From Candidatus Brocadiia bacterium JP1 (lineage in GTDB: Bacteria > Planctomycetota > Brocadiia > Brocadiales > Bathyanammoxibiaceae), in NCBI GenBank assembly GCA_051388875.1, contig JBMFFR010000001.1, positions 58,876-90,875 of the forward strand: DNA of 32,000 nucleotides, written 5' to 3'. Numbering within the stretch: the first letter of the stretch is position 1; every line of letters starts with the position of its first letter. Below, piece after piece: positions 18,285-27,356 of this stretch. The notes beneath the pieces were generated by a model. The model ran no database searches. It saw nothing but the letters and a program-made list of their open reading frames with translations, and was not told the origin of the DNA. A program made the translations under genes and the position numbers.

Positions 18285-19760
18285 ATGAAAAAAAGAAAGC
18301 TCGTTCTCATAAACCCTCACCCAATAGGAAACATTGGAGAAGAAAACGTTTCAGTGCTTAACCAGATGCCGGTAAACCTAGGTTATCTCATAACCCTTAC
18401 CCCGGAGCACTGGGAGGTGGATGTTGTAGATGAGACTACCGAGCTTGCACTGGATGAGAACAATCAATTGATTTTCAAGGAGGCAGACCTTGTTGGTATA
18501 ACCTCCGTAAGCTACCAGGCACCAAGGGCATACGCTATTGCCCGCGCATGCAGGGAGAAAGGTATACCTGTGGTAATGGGGGGAGTACACGCTACCATAT
18601 ATCCCAATGAGGTTGCGCAGCATGTGGATTGCGTGGTAACAAAGGAGGCTATATCCGTATGGAGTAGACTTATATCTGACTTTGAAAAGGGAAAGCTTCA
18701 AAAACGTTACGACGGTGGACTAACACCCCTGGAAAATCTTAACGGATTATACCCTGCCAGAGACCTTCTTAAGAAAAAATACAAGTATCGCTACTCCGGT
18801 ATAATTACTACGGCAGGGTGCCCTTTCAGTTGCGAGTTCTGTTCGGTACCGCAGTTCCAGGGCCAAAAGTACAGGGAAAGGCCTATAGGAGATGTCCTGG
18901 ATGAGTTCGGGGCTATAAAGGGACAGTACAGGGGCCTGGTGCTTACGGATGAAAATTTCTACGGCCATAGCAAGAAGTCTAACGAGCGGGTCAGAGACCT
19001 ATTTAAGGGGATGGTAGACAGGAAGATATATCAAAACTGGTTTGGCTTTACCTCCCTCAATATTTACAAAGACAGCGAGACCCTTGACTACATGGTCAAG
19101 AGCGGTTGTGTGGGGGTGCTCATAGGTATAGAATCCTTGAATAAAGACACCCTCTATTCTATGAACAAGAATGTAAACTTGAGGATTACCATTGATAGAT
19201 ATTATGAGGCAGTGGAAAGCATCCGTAAACATGGCATAGCTGTCTGGGGCACACTCATATTTGGCAACGATGAGGATACCCCTGAGACCTTTGATGACGT
19301 AGCAGATTTTATACTGGGCTCTCAGATAGATATTACGACCTGTGGTATACTCTGCCCCTTCATCAATACACCCCTTTATAAGCGGCTAGAACAGGAAAAT
19401 AGGCTCTTCCGTACCAGCTTCCCTGAAGATTGGGTTTATTACACTTCCCACCACCTTGTTTATGTCCTTAAGAAACTATCCCTTCAGGAACTAATTGATG
19501 GGCTTGAGAGGTTTTACCAAAGGCTCTACTCTACGGAGGCAATAAGGAAGAGGTTCCAGAATTCCAGGGATGTGCTGAAGAACGACAATTCTTCCCTATT
19601 TGCTTTGAAGGTCAACTGGGACTGGCGAAATGTCTTCAAACACCTGCTAGAGAACCTCAAGAATCTGCAGGCCTCGGGGATCTATGATGTGGCCCTGGAA
19701 CGCGTAGGTAAAAAAGAAAAGTATGAAGAACCTACCCGACTAATAACGACAAAGATATAA
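18285..19760 (+). CDS. Radical SAM protein with N-terminal B12-binding-type domain
   Basis: GYLITL...VDVVDET...ADLVGITSVSYQAPRAYAIARACREKGIPVVMGGVHATIYPNE cobalamin-binding-like domain; TTAGCPFSCEFCSVPQFQG radical SAM cysteine motif (CxxxCxxC). Confidence 0.9.
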   Translation: MKKRKLVLINPHPIGNIGEENVSVLNQMPVNLGYLITLTPEHWEVDVVDETTELALDENNQLIFKEADLVGITSVSYQAPRAYAIARACREKGIPVVMGGVHATIYPNEVAQHVDCVVTKEAISVWSRLISDFEKGKLQKRYDGGLTPLENLNGLYPARDLLKKKYKYRYSGIITTAGCPFSCEFCSVPQFQGQKYRERPIGDVLDEFGAIKGQYRGLVLTDENFYGHSKKSNERVRDLFKGMVDRKIYQNWFGFTSLNIYKDSETLDYMVKSGCVGVLIGIESLNKDTLYSMNKNVNLRITIDRYYEAVESIRKHGIAVWGTLIFGNDEDTPETFDDVADFILGSQIDITTCGILCPFINTPLYKRLEQENRLFRTSFPEDWVYYTSHHLVYVLKKLSLQELIDGLERFYQRLYSTEAIRKRFQNSRDVLKNDNSSLFALKVNWDWRNVFKHLLENLKNLQASGIYDVALERVGKKEKYEEPTRLITTKI

Positions 19761-19770
19761 AGGGATTGCT

Positions 19771-21003
19771 ATGCGTAGAGTAGTGGTGACAGGGATAGGT
19801 CTGGTGACTGCCCTAGGGGCTAATGTAAGGGAATCCTGGAAGACAATGCTGGCAGGTAAAAATGGCATCTCGGAGATAACCACCTTTGACACTTCAAGAT
19901 ACAAGGTACACAAGGCCTGTGAGGTGAGGAAGTTAAATTCTAATGGGCACATTATCACAAAAAAGTCTTACACTGTGTACGAGTGTCTGCTGGCAGCGGC
20001 AAGGGAGGCCTTTGAAGATAGCGGCCTGGATGACTATAAGCCCTTAAATAGGGAACGAGCAGGCGTATCCGTGGGTACGCTGGCTGGGGAGTTGTCCCTC
20101 TTTGAAGAGCGTATCAGAAATCACCATAATCAAAAGGCAGATGGATTTGACCTGGAGGTTGCCCATAGCTATCCACCCGTAACGCTTTCCACAAAACTGG
20201 CAGAGGAGTTCCACCTGGAAGGCCCCAGCGTTATCCTTATAAACGCCTGCTCCTCTGGCAATCATGCCATTTGTTGGGCCTTTGATGCTATACAAGAAGG
20301 CAGGGTGGATGCAGTGGTAGTGGGGGGTAGCGATGTAGTACCTCAAACAGAGTTTACACATTTCCATAACCTGAAGGCTTTGGCCCCTGAGAGGTGCCAG
20401 CCTTTTGATAAGAATCGTCAGGGACTGGTGATAGGGGCAGGTGCAGGGGTGTTAATACTGGAAGACCTGGAACTTGCCCATAAAAGGGATAGTAAGATAT
20501 ATGCAGAGGTGAAAGGCTACGGCCTTAGTAGCGATGGTTATCATATGACGGCCCCCCATCCCACCGGGGAGGGGGCAGTCAGGGCCATGGAATTGGCCCT
20601 CGCCTCAGCTCAGGTATCCCCCGGGGATATTAACTACATAAGCGCTCATGGTACAGGCACACCCCTTAATGACAAGATGGAAACCATGGCACTGAAGACC
20701 ATCTTTAGGGAAAGGGCCCATACCATACCTTGTAGCTCCGTAAAGTCTATGATAGGCCATACAATGGGGGCAGCCAGTGCTATTGAATCCATAGTATGCT
20801 GTCTAGTCTTGAATGAAGGAATTGCTCCCCCCACCATTAATTACGAGACCCAAGACCCGGAGTGCAACATTGATTGCGTGCCGAACGAAGCCAGAGAATG
20901 TAAGGCGGACTACGCCTTAAATAATTCCTTCGCCTTCGGGGGCAACAATGTTGGCATTATTTTTGGCAAAGACCACTCAGCTAGTAGGAAAAAGGTTTTC
21001 TAA
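19771..21003 (+). CDS. Beta-ketoacyl-ACP synthase II-like (KS-alpha), catalytic residues intact
   Basis: VVVTGIGLVTALG, active-site Cys in LINACSSGNHAI, His in SAHGTGTPLND, Lys and His in SVKSMIGHTMGAASAIE. Confidence 0.93.
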   Translation: MRRVVVTGIGLVTALGANVRESWKTMLAGKNGISEITTFDTSRYKVHKACEVRKLNSNGHIITKKSYTVYECLLAAAREAFEDSGLDDYKPLNRERAGVSVGTLAGELSLFEERIRNHHNQKADGFDLEVAHSYPPVTLSTKLAEEFHLEGPSVILINACSSGNHAICWAFDAIQEGRVDAVVVGGSDVVPQTEFTHFHNLKALAPERCQPFDKNRQGLVIGAGAGVLILEDLELAHKRDSKIYAEVKGYGLSSDGYHMTAPHPTGEGAVRAMELALASAQVSPGDINYISAHGTGTPLNDKMETMALKTIFRERAHTIPCSSVKSMIGHTMGAASAIESIVCCLVLNEGIAPPTINYETQDPECNIDCVPNEARECKADYALNNSFAFGGNNVGIIFGKDHSASRKKVF

Positions 21004-21005
21004 AA

Positions 21006-22277
21006 ATGTCTTACCCCAGTCAGGGATGCCCCACTAATAACAAAAAGAGGGTAGCAATAACAGGTATTGGTGTTGTCTCACCGCTGGGTTCAGGCCATAG
21101 AGAATTCTGGTCAAACCTTATCCAGGGCCGTTCCGGAATAGCACCTATAACCTCTTTTGACGTCTCTCCTTACCCTTGCAAGTTAGCCGCAGAGGTCAGG
21201 GACTTTAATGCAGCTGATTACTTGGGCGACAAAGGCCTTAAATATCTCACTAAGGGTACAAAGTTACTGGCCTCCGCTATAAAGTTGGCCATGGAAGACG
21301 CCCAACTTAATGAAAACCTCCCTGAATATTCAGGAATTATAATAGGCTCCGCACTGGGCAATTACTCTCAGACCACTGATTATACTTATGACATCTTCAA
21401 CATCGGACCCGAAAAGCTACTTCCCATGGCCAGTTTCGATGTGGCCCTCAACTCCTCCATCAATTTTGCCTCTGTCTTCTTCAAACTAAAAGGCCCTTCC
21501 AGAACCATTTCCTCTGGCTTCACGTCCAGCTTAGATGCCATAGGTAATGCCTTTAACTTTATAAGAAATAATAGGGAGACATTGTTAATAACGGGTGGGG
21601 TGGAACAGATATCACTGGATAGCTATCTTATATTCTTTTTGCAAGGACTTCTCTCTGGCTCCAACAACTCTGGGGCTGAACTCTGCCGGCCCTTTGATAG
21701 GTGTAGGAATGGTTTTATACTCGGTGAGGGCAGCTATGTGTTTATACTGGAAGAACTTGAGTCCGCCCTAAAACGTGGGGCAAAAATATATGCCGAGATA
21801 ATAGGCTCTGGCACTACTTTTATGGGCAGTAGCAGATTTGATGCCGGGGAAAAGGTTAAGAAGATTCAGAAGGCCATGGAGCTTGCATTGGAGGATGCAG
21901 CCATTTCAAAAGAATCTTTAGGCCTTATCTTTGCTAACGGGAATTCCAGCAAACAAATGGACATACTAGAGGCTAAGGCGATAAAGGGCTTTATGGCAGA
22001 TACCTCAGAAAAGATTTTGGTAACCTCGGCAAAACCGCTTCTAGGGGAGTGCTACGGGGCCTCCGGTGCTATGCAGGCGGTTTGCTGTGTTTTATCCATG
22101 AGCAATTCCCTTGTCCCTCCCATCGTAAACCTGGAAGAACCTGACTCTGAATGTAGTCTTAACTTCGTTGTAAAGAAAGCACTACCAAGAGACATTCAGT
22201 TTGCTATGGTAAACTCTATAGACCCCGAAGGTAATTGCTCCTGTTTGGTACTTGAAAAGGTTAACGATAAAAGGTAA
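21006..22277 (+). CDS. KS-like protein lacking catalytic residues (KS-beta/chain-length-factor-like)
   Basis: VAITGIGVVSPLGSG fold signature, but SRTISSGFTSSLDA at the Cys site, FANGNSSKQMD at the first His site, and SAKPLLGECYGASGA (Lys kept, His changed). Confidence 0.85.
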   Translation: MSYPSQGCPTNNKKRVAITGIGVVSPLGSGHREFWSNLIQGRSGIAPITSFDVSPYPCKLAAEVRDFNAADYLGDKGLKYLTKGTKLLASAIKLAMEDAQLNENLPEYSGIIIGSALGNYSQTTDYTYDIFNIGPEKLLPMASFDVALNSSINFASVFFKLKGPSRTISSGFTSSLDAIGNAFNFIRNNRETLLITGGVEQISLDSYLIFFLQGLLSGSNNSGAELCRPFDRCRNGFILGEGSYVFILEELESALKRGAKIYAEIIGSGTTFMGSSRFDAGEKVKKIQKAMELALEDAAISKESLGLIFANGNSSKQMDILEAKAIKGFMADTSEKILVTSAKPLLGECYGASGAMQAVCCVLSMSNSLVPPIVNLEEPDSECSLNFVVKKALPRDIQFAMVNSIDPEGNCSCLVLEKVNDKR

Positions 22278-22419
22278 TTTGTCGTTACTCCGGGGTTGCC
22301 TGAAGTGAGTCCTTCTATTTGCCACTATTAAGCTTAAATTCTTAATTATTTTTAAAGATGGGCATAAATCGTAGTGCCTATCAAAATGGGTTTGATAAAC
22401 CAAACACCTGCAAGTAAAG

Positions 22420-24426
22420 ATGGTGAGCCTTTTTGACCCTATAAATATCGGCCCGATGAGGCTTGACAACCGTCTGGTTATGACGGCTATGGATGTGGGC
22501 TTCTCCACGGACGGATTTGCTAACGACCGCTTCATAGACTTTTATGCTGAGAGGGCAAAATGGGGTGTAGGCCTGATAATAATCGGGGGTTGCTATCCGC
22601 ATGAAAGCGGTAAGGCGTGGAAAAGCATACTTGCGCTTGATGACGACCGCTACATCCCAAGCTTAAGAAAATTTACAGAAACTATGCATAAACTAGGGGC
22701 CAAGACTGCTCCGCAACTTTTGCACGGTGGGCGCTATGCCTCCAGCCTCTTTACAAAGAGCCAACCTGTTTCAGCCTCTAGCGTCCCTTCCCGCCTGGCC
22801 AGAGACGTTCCGAGACCCCTTACCGTCTCCGAGATAAAGGAGATGGTATCCCACTACGCTAGGGCCGCCTTGAGGGCCAAAGAGGCAGGCTTTGATGCAG
22901 TAGAAATACATGGTGGCATGGGCTACCTGATAAACCAGTTTCTATCCCCTATCACTAACCATAGAGAGGATGAATATGGTGGGGACCTGCAGGGCAGGCT
23001 AAGGTTTGCCCGAGAGGTACTTCAAGCCACAAAGGAACTAGTCGGGAAGGATTTCCCAATTATCTTCAGACTTTCAGGGGATGAGCTCATGCAAGGGGGA
23101 AACAAGATCAATGAGAACATCTTGATTGCCGGAGAGCTGGCAAGCTCAGGGGTGGACGCCTTCCACATCTCACCGGGTTGGCACGAGAGCAAGACCCCCA
23201 TAATGGTTATGGCTATCCCAAGGATGGCCTACACATTCCTGGCGGCCTCTATCAAAGAAAAGGTTAACTTGCCTGTTATAGCGGCTGTCAGAATAAACGA
23301 CCTCTACGATGCAGAAGAACTCCTCAGAGATGGGCAAGCAGACCTCGTAGCTTTGGGGCGTCCACTTATTGCAGACCCGGAGTTGCCCAAAAAATATAGA
23401 GAGGGCAGACGGGAGGACATTAGAACCTGTATTGCCTGCAATCAGGGATGCTTTGACGAACTACTTAACATGAGGCCTGTATCGTGTTTATATAATGCAC
23501 AGGTAGGATACGAAAAGGAATACGTCATCAGGGAAGCCTCTGCGAAGAAGAAGGTCATGGTGATAGGAGGCGGCCCGGGGGGGATGGAGGCCGCAAGGGT
23601 TGCCGCCCTGAGGGGACACGAGGTAACCCTTTACGAAAAGGAACACCAACTGGGGGGACAGCTCCACTACGCCTGGAAACCCCCAGGTAGAGAAGAGTTT
23701 CAGCATGTTATAGGTTACCTTGAGAGACAGCTAGCCAAATTAAGGGTAAAAGTAGCCCTGGGGGTAAAGGTAGATTTGGGGCTAATAGAAAAGGAACGCC
23801 CAGAGGTTATTATCCTTTCAACAGGTTCCACTCCTATAATTCCTCCCATTCCAGGAATAAAAGGCAAAAACGTAGTATTAGCTAGAGATGTTTTGGAGAA
23901 GAAGCTGTCCATAGGTAATCCCGTAGCCGTTATAGGAGGAGGGTCTGTGGGATGCGAGGTTGCCCTTTACGTAACCAAACTAGGCAGCATGAACCCAGAG
24001 GTGGCATTGTTCCTGTTGAGGAATCAGATTATTGATCTTCCCAATGCCCTGTTGAGGAGCCACCATGGACACCGCAAGGTCACGGTGCTTGAGATGAAGA
24101 GGAAGGTAGGAAGTGGCTTCGGTCTTTCCACTCGTTGGGTCATACTCAAGGAGATGGAGGAGGCAGGTATAGAGGAACTCACTGGTGTTAAGGTAAACAG
24201 GATACAGGAAGGGCCTCCCAGTGGCGTCTTCTACGAGAAAGAGGGGAAGGAGACATTTCTTCCTGCCGAGACCGTAATACTGGCAACGGGCTATGTCCCC
24301 AATAATTCCCTTTATCAGCAACTTGATGGTCTGGTGCCAGAGGTTTATAGTATAGGAGATTGTGTGAAGGTAAGAACAGCAATGGAGGCTATTCACGAAG
24401 GCTTTAGGGTTTCGCTGAATATATAG
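22420..24426 (+). CDS. Old yellow enzyme / 2,4-dienoyl-CoA reductase-type NADH:flavin oxidoreductase with Fe-S and FAD/NAD domains
   Basis: LFDPINIGPMRLDNRLVMTAM, EIHGGMGYLINQFLSPITNHREDEYGGDLQGRLRFAREV, CIACNQGCFDELLNMRPVSCLYNAQVG, VMVIGGGPGGMEAARVAALRGHEVTLYEK. Confidence 0.92.
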   Translation: MVSLFDPINIGPMRLDNRLVMTAMDVGFSTDGFANDRFIDFYAERAKWGVGLIIIGGCYPHESGKAWKSILALDDDRYIPSLRKFTETMHKLGAKTAPQLLHGGRYASSLFTKSQPVSASSVPSRLARDVPRPLTVSEIKEMVSHYARAALRAKEAGFDAVEIHGGMGYLINQFLSPITNHREDEYGGDLQGRLRFAREVLQATKELVGKDFPIIFRLSGDELMQGGNKINENILIAGELASSGVDAFHISPGWHESKTPIMVMAIPRMAYTFLAASIKEKVNLPVIAAVRINDLYDAEELLRDGQADLVALGRPLIADPELPKKYREGRREDIRTCIACNQGCFDELLNMRPVSCLYNAQVGYEKEYVIREASAKKKVMVIGGGPGGMEAARVAALRGHEVTLYEKEHQLGGQLHYAWKPPGREEFQHVIGYLERQLAKLRVKVALGVKVDLGLIEKERPEVIILSTGSTPIIPPIPGIKGKNVVLARDVLEKKLSIGNPVAVIGGGSVGCEVALYVTKLGSMNPEVALFLLRNQIIDLPNALLRSHHGHRKVTVLEMKRKVGSGFGLSTRWVILKEMEEAGIEELTGVKVNRIQEGPPSGVFYEKEGKETFLPAETVILATGYVPNNSLYQQLDGLVPEVYSIGDCVKVRTAMEAIHEGFRVSLNI

Positions 24427-24440
24427 AAACGGAGAATCTT

Positions 24441-25184
24441 ATGTCATTAAAAGGTAAAGTGGCAATTGTTACTGGAGGGACGCGGGGTATAGGAAGGGCC
24501 ATAGCACTGGAACTCGCCCGAAGTGGCATAGATGTAGCCTTCAGCTTCCTTAAGAGTGCAGATAAGGCTAAAGAACTGGAAGGGGAACTAAGTAAGCTGG
24601 GTGTAAAGGCACTATCCATACAAAGCAACGTAGCAGACTTCAATCAGTCAAAGGAGATGGTCAACGCAGCCTTAAAGCACTTCGGAAAGATAGATATACT
24701 CGTAAACAATGCAGGCGTTACGCATGATAATCTAATGATGAGGATGAGCGAGCAGCAGTGGAAAGAGGTAATAGATACCAACCTGAATGGTGCTTTTAAT
24801 TGCACAAGGGCTGCCGTATTTCCCATGATGAAGCAGAAGGGTGGGGCCGTCATAAATCTAACCTCGGTAAGTGGAATCATAGGGATGATGGGCCAAGCCA
24901 ATTACGCAGCATCTAAGGCAGGCCTTATCGGGTTTACCAAGTCACTTGCTAAGGAACTGGCAAGGTTTAATATAACGGTTAATGCTGTGGCGCCTGGGTT
25001 TATAGATACGGAGATGACACAGGTACTGGATAAGAAGTATATGGAGGAGGCCCTTAAGCTAATCCCTTTAGGGCGTGTAGGTAAAGCAGAAGAAGTAGCC
25101 AAGGCCGTTCTGTTTCTGGTCTCGCCAGAGGCTAGTTACATAACCGGCCATGTGCTGAATGTGGATGGTGGTTTAGCTATGTAA
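24441..25184 (+). CDS. fabG: 3-oxoacyl-ACP reductase (SDR family)
   Basis: KVAIVTGGTRGIGRAIAL, DILVNNAGVTHDNLMMRM, YAASKAGLIGFTKSLAKELA, NAVAPGFIDTEMT. Confidence 0.94.
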   Translation: MSLKGKVAIVTGGTRGIGRAIALELARSGIDVAFSFLKSADKAKELEGELSKLGVKALSIQSNVADFNQSKEMVNAALKHFGKIDILVNNAGVTHDNLMMRMSEQQWKEVIDTNLNGAFNCTRAAVFPMMKQKGGAVINLTSVSGIIGMMGQANYAASKAGLIGFTKSLAKELARFNITVNAVAPGFIDTEMTQVLDKKYMEEALKLIPLGRVGKAEEVAKAVLFLVSPEASYITGHVLNVDGGLAM

Positions 25185-25248
25185 AACGTTAAATTTTTAA
25201 TCAAAAATTGCAAATTTTGAACAAAAAACTGAAAATTAGGATAAAAAA

Positions 25249-25602
25249 ATGCTCTTTCTTGTAAAAGTTGAGATAGAAAAACTTCCGCAAATACCTACCA
25301 GAAGTTTTTTTGAGTTGCTAATAAAGGAATGGGAGTACTACGAGAGGATGAAGAAGAGGGGTAAGGTCTTGGCCGGTGGGAAGTTAGCGGGCAGGCGGGG
25401 TGCTGCCGCTATCTTCAATGCAGATTCCAGTGAGGAGATAGAGGCGATTGTAACTAAACTCCCCCTCTTTCCCTTCTTTACCAAGATAGAGATAACCCCA
25501 TTGGTACCCCAGGAACAGGCCCTTCAGGATGCAAGGAGGATGTACCAGCTGGTGAAAGACACAGACCTTATGCTCTTCCCAACAGGTGCTGAACGTGGTT
25601 AG
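25249..25602 (+). CDS. Small protein resembling the muconolactone delta-isomerase / dimeric alpha-beta barrel group
   Basis: MLFLVKVEIEKLPQIPTRSFFELLIKEWEYYERMKKRGKVLAGGKLAGRRGAAAIFNADSSEEIEAIVTKLPLFPFFTKIEITPL: size, spacing and layout match this group. Confidence 0.6.
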   Translation: MLFLVKVEIEKLPQIPTRSFFELLIKEWEYYERMKKRGKVLAGGKLAGRRGAAAIFNADSSEEIEAIVTKLPLFPFFTKIEITPLVPQEQALQDARRMYQLVKDTDLMLFPTGAERG

Positions 25603-25774
25603 GAAAGTATGTACCGAGGGGGTCGCCACTTTTGCAAAGGTGGTTGACCATGCAGGGCAAGCTCTGCTTCTTTATAACCTGTTCACAACACATAGGTTAA
25701 GATTATGCTAGATAGAAATCATTAAAAGCTGTTGCTTTGTTCTCTCCGGATAGCTTGAACAGTTTGAAACTAAC

Positions 25775-27337
25775 ATGAAAGCACCGACCTCCTACGCCAT
25801 TTTAAGTGAACTCACCTCCACCAAGGAACTTACAATTGCAGAGGTTAGACCTCACTGTGATTCATTGACCGCCTTTCAGCGACTTCTAAGTTACTATGGA
25901 ACCCGAGCCCCTCACTTCTTTTTGGATAGTGCCCTCCGGGCTTCCAGTCTATCCAGGTACTCTTTGCTAGGATTCCAGCCTTTTTTGATCCTTAAGAGTA
26001 AGGGGAACAGAATTACCGTAATTGATACCAGTGGGGTACAGGAGAAGAAAGGTAACCCCTTTGAGGTATTGCGCTTTTATTTGCAGGCCTTCAGGGGTGA
26101 GGATGCAGGGGCTATCTCACCCGCTTTAGACCTATCAAAAGGCCTTACCGCCTTGCCCTCTTCCATGATTGACCTGCCGGGTATCTGCTGGGCAGGTGGA
26201 GTCGTAGGTTACTTGAGTTACGACCTCTGTCATTTCCTGGAGCGGCTTCCCAAGAACACACTGGACGACTTGGGATTTCCAGATATGTGTTTTGGATTTT
26301 ATACTAAGTTTGTTGTGTATGACCATAAAGAGGACCGGTGCTTTATAGTGGGGAGGGATTTGGAAGAAGATATACGAGAGCTCGTTAGCTTACTTTCCAC
26401 CCAAAACAAGGGAAGAAAAGGCTCCATCAAAGGGCTTAGAACAGCCAAAGATGAAGTGGCACGATTCATCGTGCCCAATAAATCTGGTTTTATAAATCCA
26501 ACTCCTGCTGAAAAGGGATATAAACTCAGGTGCAATTTCACTAAAAGAGAATACATTGAGGCCATCAGGCGGGCCAAAGAGTATATTGCCAGAGGGGATA
26601 TATATCAGGTTAATCTTTCTCAAAGATTTCAGGCGGACACACGTCTAACTCCGCATGCTCTCTACCTACGCTTAAGGGCAATTAATCCCGCCCCATTTTC
26701 TGCCTATCTACAATTTGGGGATAATGTCATAATCAGTGCTTCCCCAGAGAGGTTTCTAAAAGTTAAGGAGGGGCGCGTACAGACCTACCCCGTTAAGGGT
26801 ACAAGGCCCAGGGGTAAAGACCCAGCCTCTGATGAAAGACTCATGGTCGAACTACTCTCCAGCGCCAAAGATAGTGCAGAACTAACCATGATTGTGGACC
26901 TTGAGAGGAATGACCTGGGAAAGGTCTCTAAATATGGCTCAGTAAAGGTAGTGGATAAAAAGAGGTTAGAGTCTCATCCTACCGTTTTCCACCTTGTGGC
27001 CACCGTAGAGAGTGAACTCTACCCCCAGTACGACCTGGTAGACCTATTGAAGGCTACCTTTCCAGGGGGGTCGGTTACTGGTGCCCCCAAGATAAGGGCA
27101 ATGGAAGTCATTGACGAGCTTGAACCCACCTCCAGAAGTGTTTACACCGGGGCCATTGGGTATATCGGCTTTGATGGCTCTATGGACCTTGCCATGGCCA
27201 TCAGGACCTTCCTGGTGAAAGGCTCCACGGCCTTCTTTCAGGCGGGGGGTGGGATTGTAGCAGATTCTCAGCCCGGAGAAGAGTATCAAGAGACGCTTTT
27301 TAAGTCTAGGGCGCTTATGGAAGCCCTCTGCGAATAA
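25775..27337 (+). CDS. pabB: Aminodeoxychorismate synthase component I
   Basis: Chorismate-binding enzyme core YIRRAKEYIARGDIYQVNLSQRF, ISASPERFLKV...YPVKGTRPRGKDP, DLERNDLGKV, FPGGSVTGAPKIRAMEVIDELE. The Lys in PVKGT favours PabB over TrpE. Confidence 0.9.
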   Translation: MKAPTSYAILSELTSTKELTIAEVRPHCDSLTAFQRLLSYYGTRAPHFFLDSALRASSLSRYSLLGFQPFLILKSKGNRITVIDTSGVQEKKGNPFEVLRFYLQAFRGEDAGAISPALDLSKGLTALPSSMIDLPGICWAGGVVGYLSYDLCHFLERLPKNTLDDLGFPDMCFGFYTKFVVYDHKEDRCFIVGRDLEEDIRELVSLLSTQNKGRKGSIKGLRTAKDEVARFIVPNKSGFINPTPAEKGYKLRCNFTKREYIEAIRRAKEYIARGDIYQVNLSQRFQADTRLTPHALYLRLRAINPAPFSAYLQFGDNVIISASPERFLKVKEGRVQTYPVKGTRPRGKDPASDERLMVELLSSAKDSAELTMIVDLERNDLGKVSKYGSVKVVDKKRLESHPTVFHLVATVESELYPQYDLVDLLKATFPGGSVTGAPKIRAMEVIDELEPTSRSVYTGAIGYIGFDGSMDLAMAIRTFLVKGSTAFFQAGGGIVADSQPGEEYQETLFKSRALMEALCE

Positions 27338-27356
27338 CTAAGTAAAAGGTGTAGAG

